Assembly (NCBI GenBank): GCA_964606925.1 | Contig: CAZSIH010000001.1 | Coordinates: 1-60,416 of the forward strand | DNA: 60,416 nucleotides | Direction: 5' to 3' | From: an uncultured bacterium | Lineage (GTDB): Bacteria > Fidelibacterota > Marinisomatia > Marinisomatales > AB-629-J13 | Part shown: piece by piece, positions 59,342 through 60,416 of the stretch | Layout of the letters: every line of letters starts with the position of its first letter | Position numbering within the stretch: the stretch's first letter is position 1 | Made by a program: the position numbers and the translations under genes | The notes under the pieces: generated by a model | Seen by the model: the letters and a program-made list of their open reading frames with translations, nothing else | The model's database searches: none | What the model was told of the DNA's origin: nothing

Positions 59342-60100
59342 TCAATTATTAAAATATTCATTGATCACCCATGAGATAGACCAGTTATGACCCAACCTTG
59401 TTCCCTTTGAACTATCTGGGAGTTGGATAACAACACTTCCTGCAATCGAAATTTTCTGAGGGTTAATAGTCAGGTTTTTAAATGCTCCATCCATTTTATG
59501 TTGTGTTCTCCACTGAGTAAGGGGGTTTCTTAATTTTAAAACTTTAAAATCTGGAAAATCCGGACACTCTTTTTTAAATTTGGGGTGACCGGAAAGCGGG
59601 GCAGCTATACTGTGGATTGCTATAGATCCAATCTGGTCATCCATCAAATTTGCCGTGATAACTCCGCCATAGCTATGTCCGAAAAGGATGATGTGTTTTA
59701 TTTCTAAATTTTCTTTTAAAAGGTTTTTTAAAGCAATTATTAAATCTCCCGAAGCTCTTTTTGGACACTCATTCCAATCCCAGCGATAATAATAAGTCTG
59801 TTTCATAGATTCAGCCATTAATTTTAATGGATAAACCCACTCGTATCCTTCAGACCCATATCCGTGAACCGCCACAAACATGGTATCTAAACTGGCTAAA
59901 TCATAAATTATTTTATTGAGACCAAGGGGTAGTTTCTGGATTAAAATCCCTGTTTTTTTTACATCACTGCCTGTTTTTAAAAATGAATAATGTATATCAT
60001 ATTCAAGCTTTTTACTGCAGCACACAAAGAAAAACATAAGAACCGGGAATAAATACAGCTCTATTTTTGACATATTTTTGTATCGTTCAGCTGTTCTCAT
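59342..60100 (-). CDS. Alpha/beta hydrolase (lipase/esterase-like), probable lipoprotein
   Basis: GXSXG nucleophile elbow LFGHSYGG. Lipobox-like FFFVCCS. The start may instead be the ATG at 60073 (MSKIELY). Confidence 0.6.
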   Translation of the reverse strand: MRTAERYKNMSKIELYLFPVLMFFFVCCSKKLEYDIHYSFLKTGSDVKKTGILIQKLPLGLNKIIYDLASLDTMFVAVHGYGSEGYEWVYPLKLMAESMKQTYYYRWDWNECPKRASGDLIIALKNLLKENLEIKHIILFGHSYGGVITANLMDDQIGSIAIHSIAAPLSGHPKFKKECPDFPDFKVLKLRNPLTQWRTQHKMDGAFKNLTINPQKISIAGSVVIQLPDSSKGTRLGHNWSISWVINEYFNN

Positions 60101-60416
60101 AATTTAGTTATGTTACATATTGTTCTTCATAAATTTATATACAAAATAAATGTTTATCATTTCCGGGATAAAATAATTTACGTTTTAATAAATTAGATTT
60201 TTTTAAGTGGTAGAAACAATCACATCAATAAATCTTGTTGCACAGAAAACAATGGTGGTTTCCCGTATTTAATTAAAAAATTGGTTTAAAAAGATGTTTA
60301 CGTTTTAGTACGGAAAAATATTTTATTCACCTAAAACTCTTTTTTTATATTCAAGCCTAAGATCCAAAACCGCCATCACATAATTATCGTGATGATTGTA
60401 AGCATAAACTGAATCC

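Noticed and set aside
60323-60415. Possible C-terminal 30 codons of a minus-strand gene entering from beyond the window (..DSVYAYNHHDNYVMAVLDLRLEYKKRVLGE*)
   Set aside because: The only support is an open frame to the edge. It is too short to recognise any family, so I did not report it as a feature.

Overview
This window is an AT-rich, tightly packed, origin-proximal stretch of a diderm bacterial chromosome. SurA, TonB-ExbBD and lipoproteins support the diderm call. All protein calls rest on motifs I recognise in the supplied translations; no database search was run.

I support 51 protein-coding genes, including rpmH, which I found by hand because it is below the ORF-track size cut-off. I saw no rRNA, tRNA, CRISPR array, integrase, transposase or prophage signature.

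Gene content:
- Replication and origin genes: dnaA, dnaN, a DUF721/DciA-like gene, gyrB, gyrA, and rpmH-yidD-yidC-mnmE-mnmG-mfd.
- Central metabolism: aceE-aceF-lpdA, an sdh/frd CAB operon, ppdK, asnB and the purH 3' end.
- Envelope and energy transduction: exbB-exbD-exbD-tonB, an orphan motAB pair, two parvulin/SurA paralogues, a Ctp S41 protease and a large secreted Zn-metalloprotease.
- A six-gene block joining a peptide/glutathione-type ABC importer (no ATPase) to Nudix, plant-type glutamate-cysteine ligase and a C26 gamma-glutamyl peptidase.

Sequence-level signals:
- Two 16-bp perfect palindromes carry the canonical parS core GTTTCACGTGAAAC. They bracket mnmG exactly at cistron junctions.
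- Two tandem DnaA boxes lie 6 nt upstream of dnaA, next to a GC clamp and an A/T tract.
- A second cluster of DnaA-box-like 9-mers plus (TAA)6 lies upstream of dnaN, 11 kb away.
- A 546-bp ORF-free spacer upstream of motA holds an 89-nt element closed by a 13-bp inverted repeat. Its two mismatches become G.U pairs only on the minus strand.
- rnpA and recF are missing from their canonical slots.

I do not see a clear novel multi-gene defence-type or mobile system. The best follow-up candidates are the structured element near motA, the thiol/gamma-glutamyl cluster, the non-canonical 281-aa membrane subunit of the sdh operon, the degenerate PNP-like protein and the split origin architecture.
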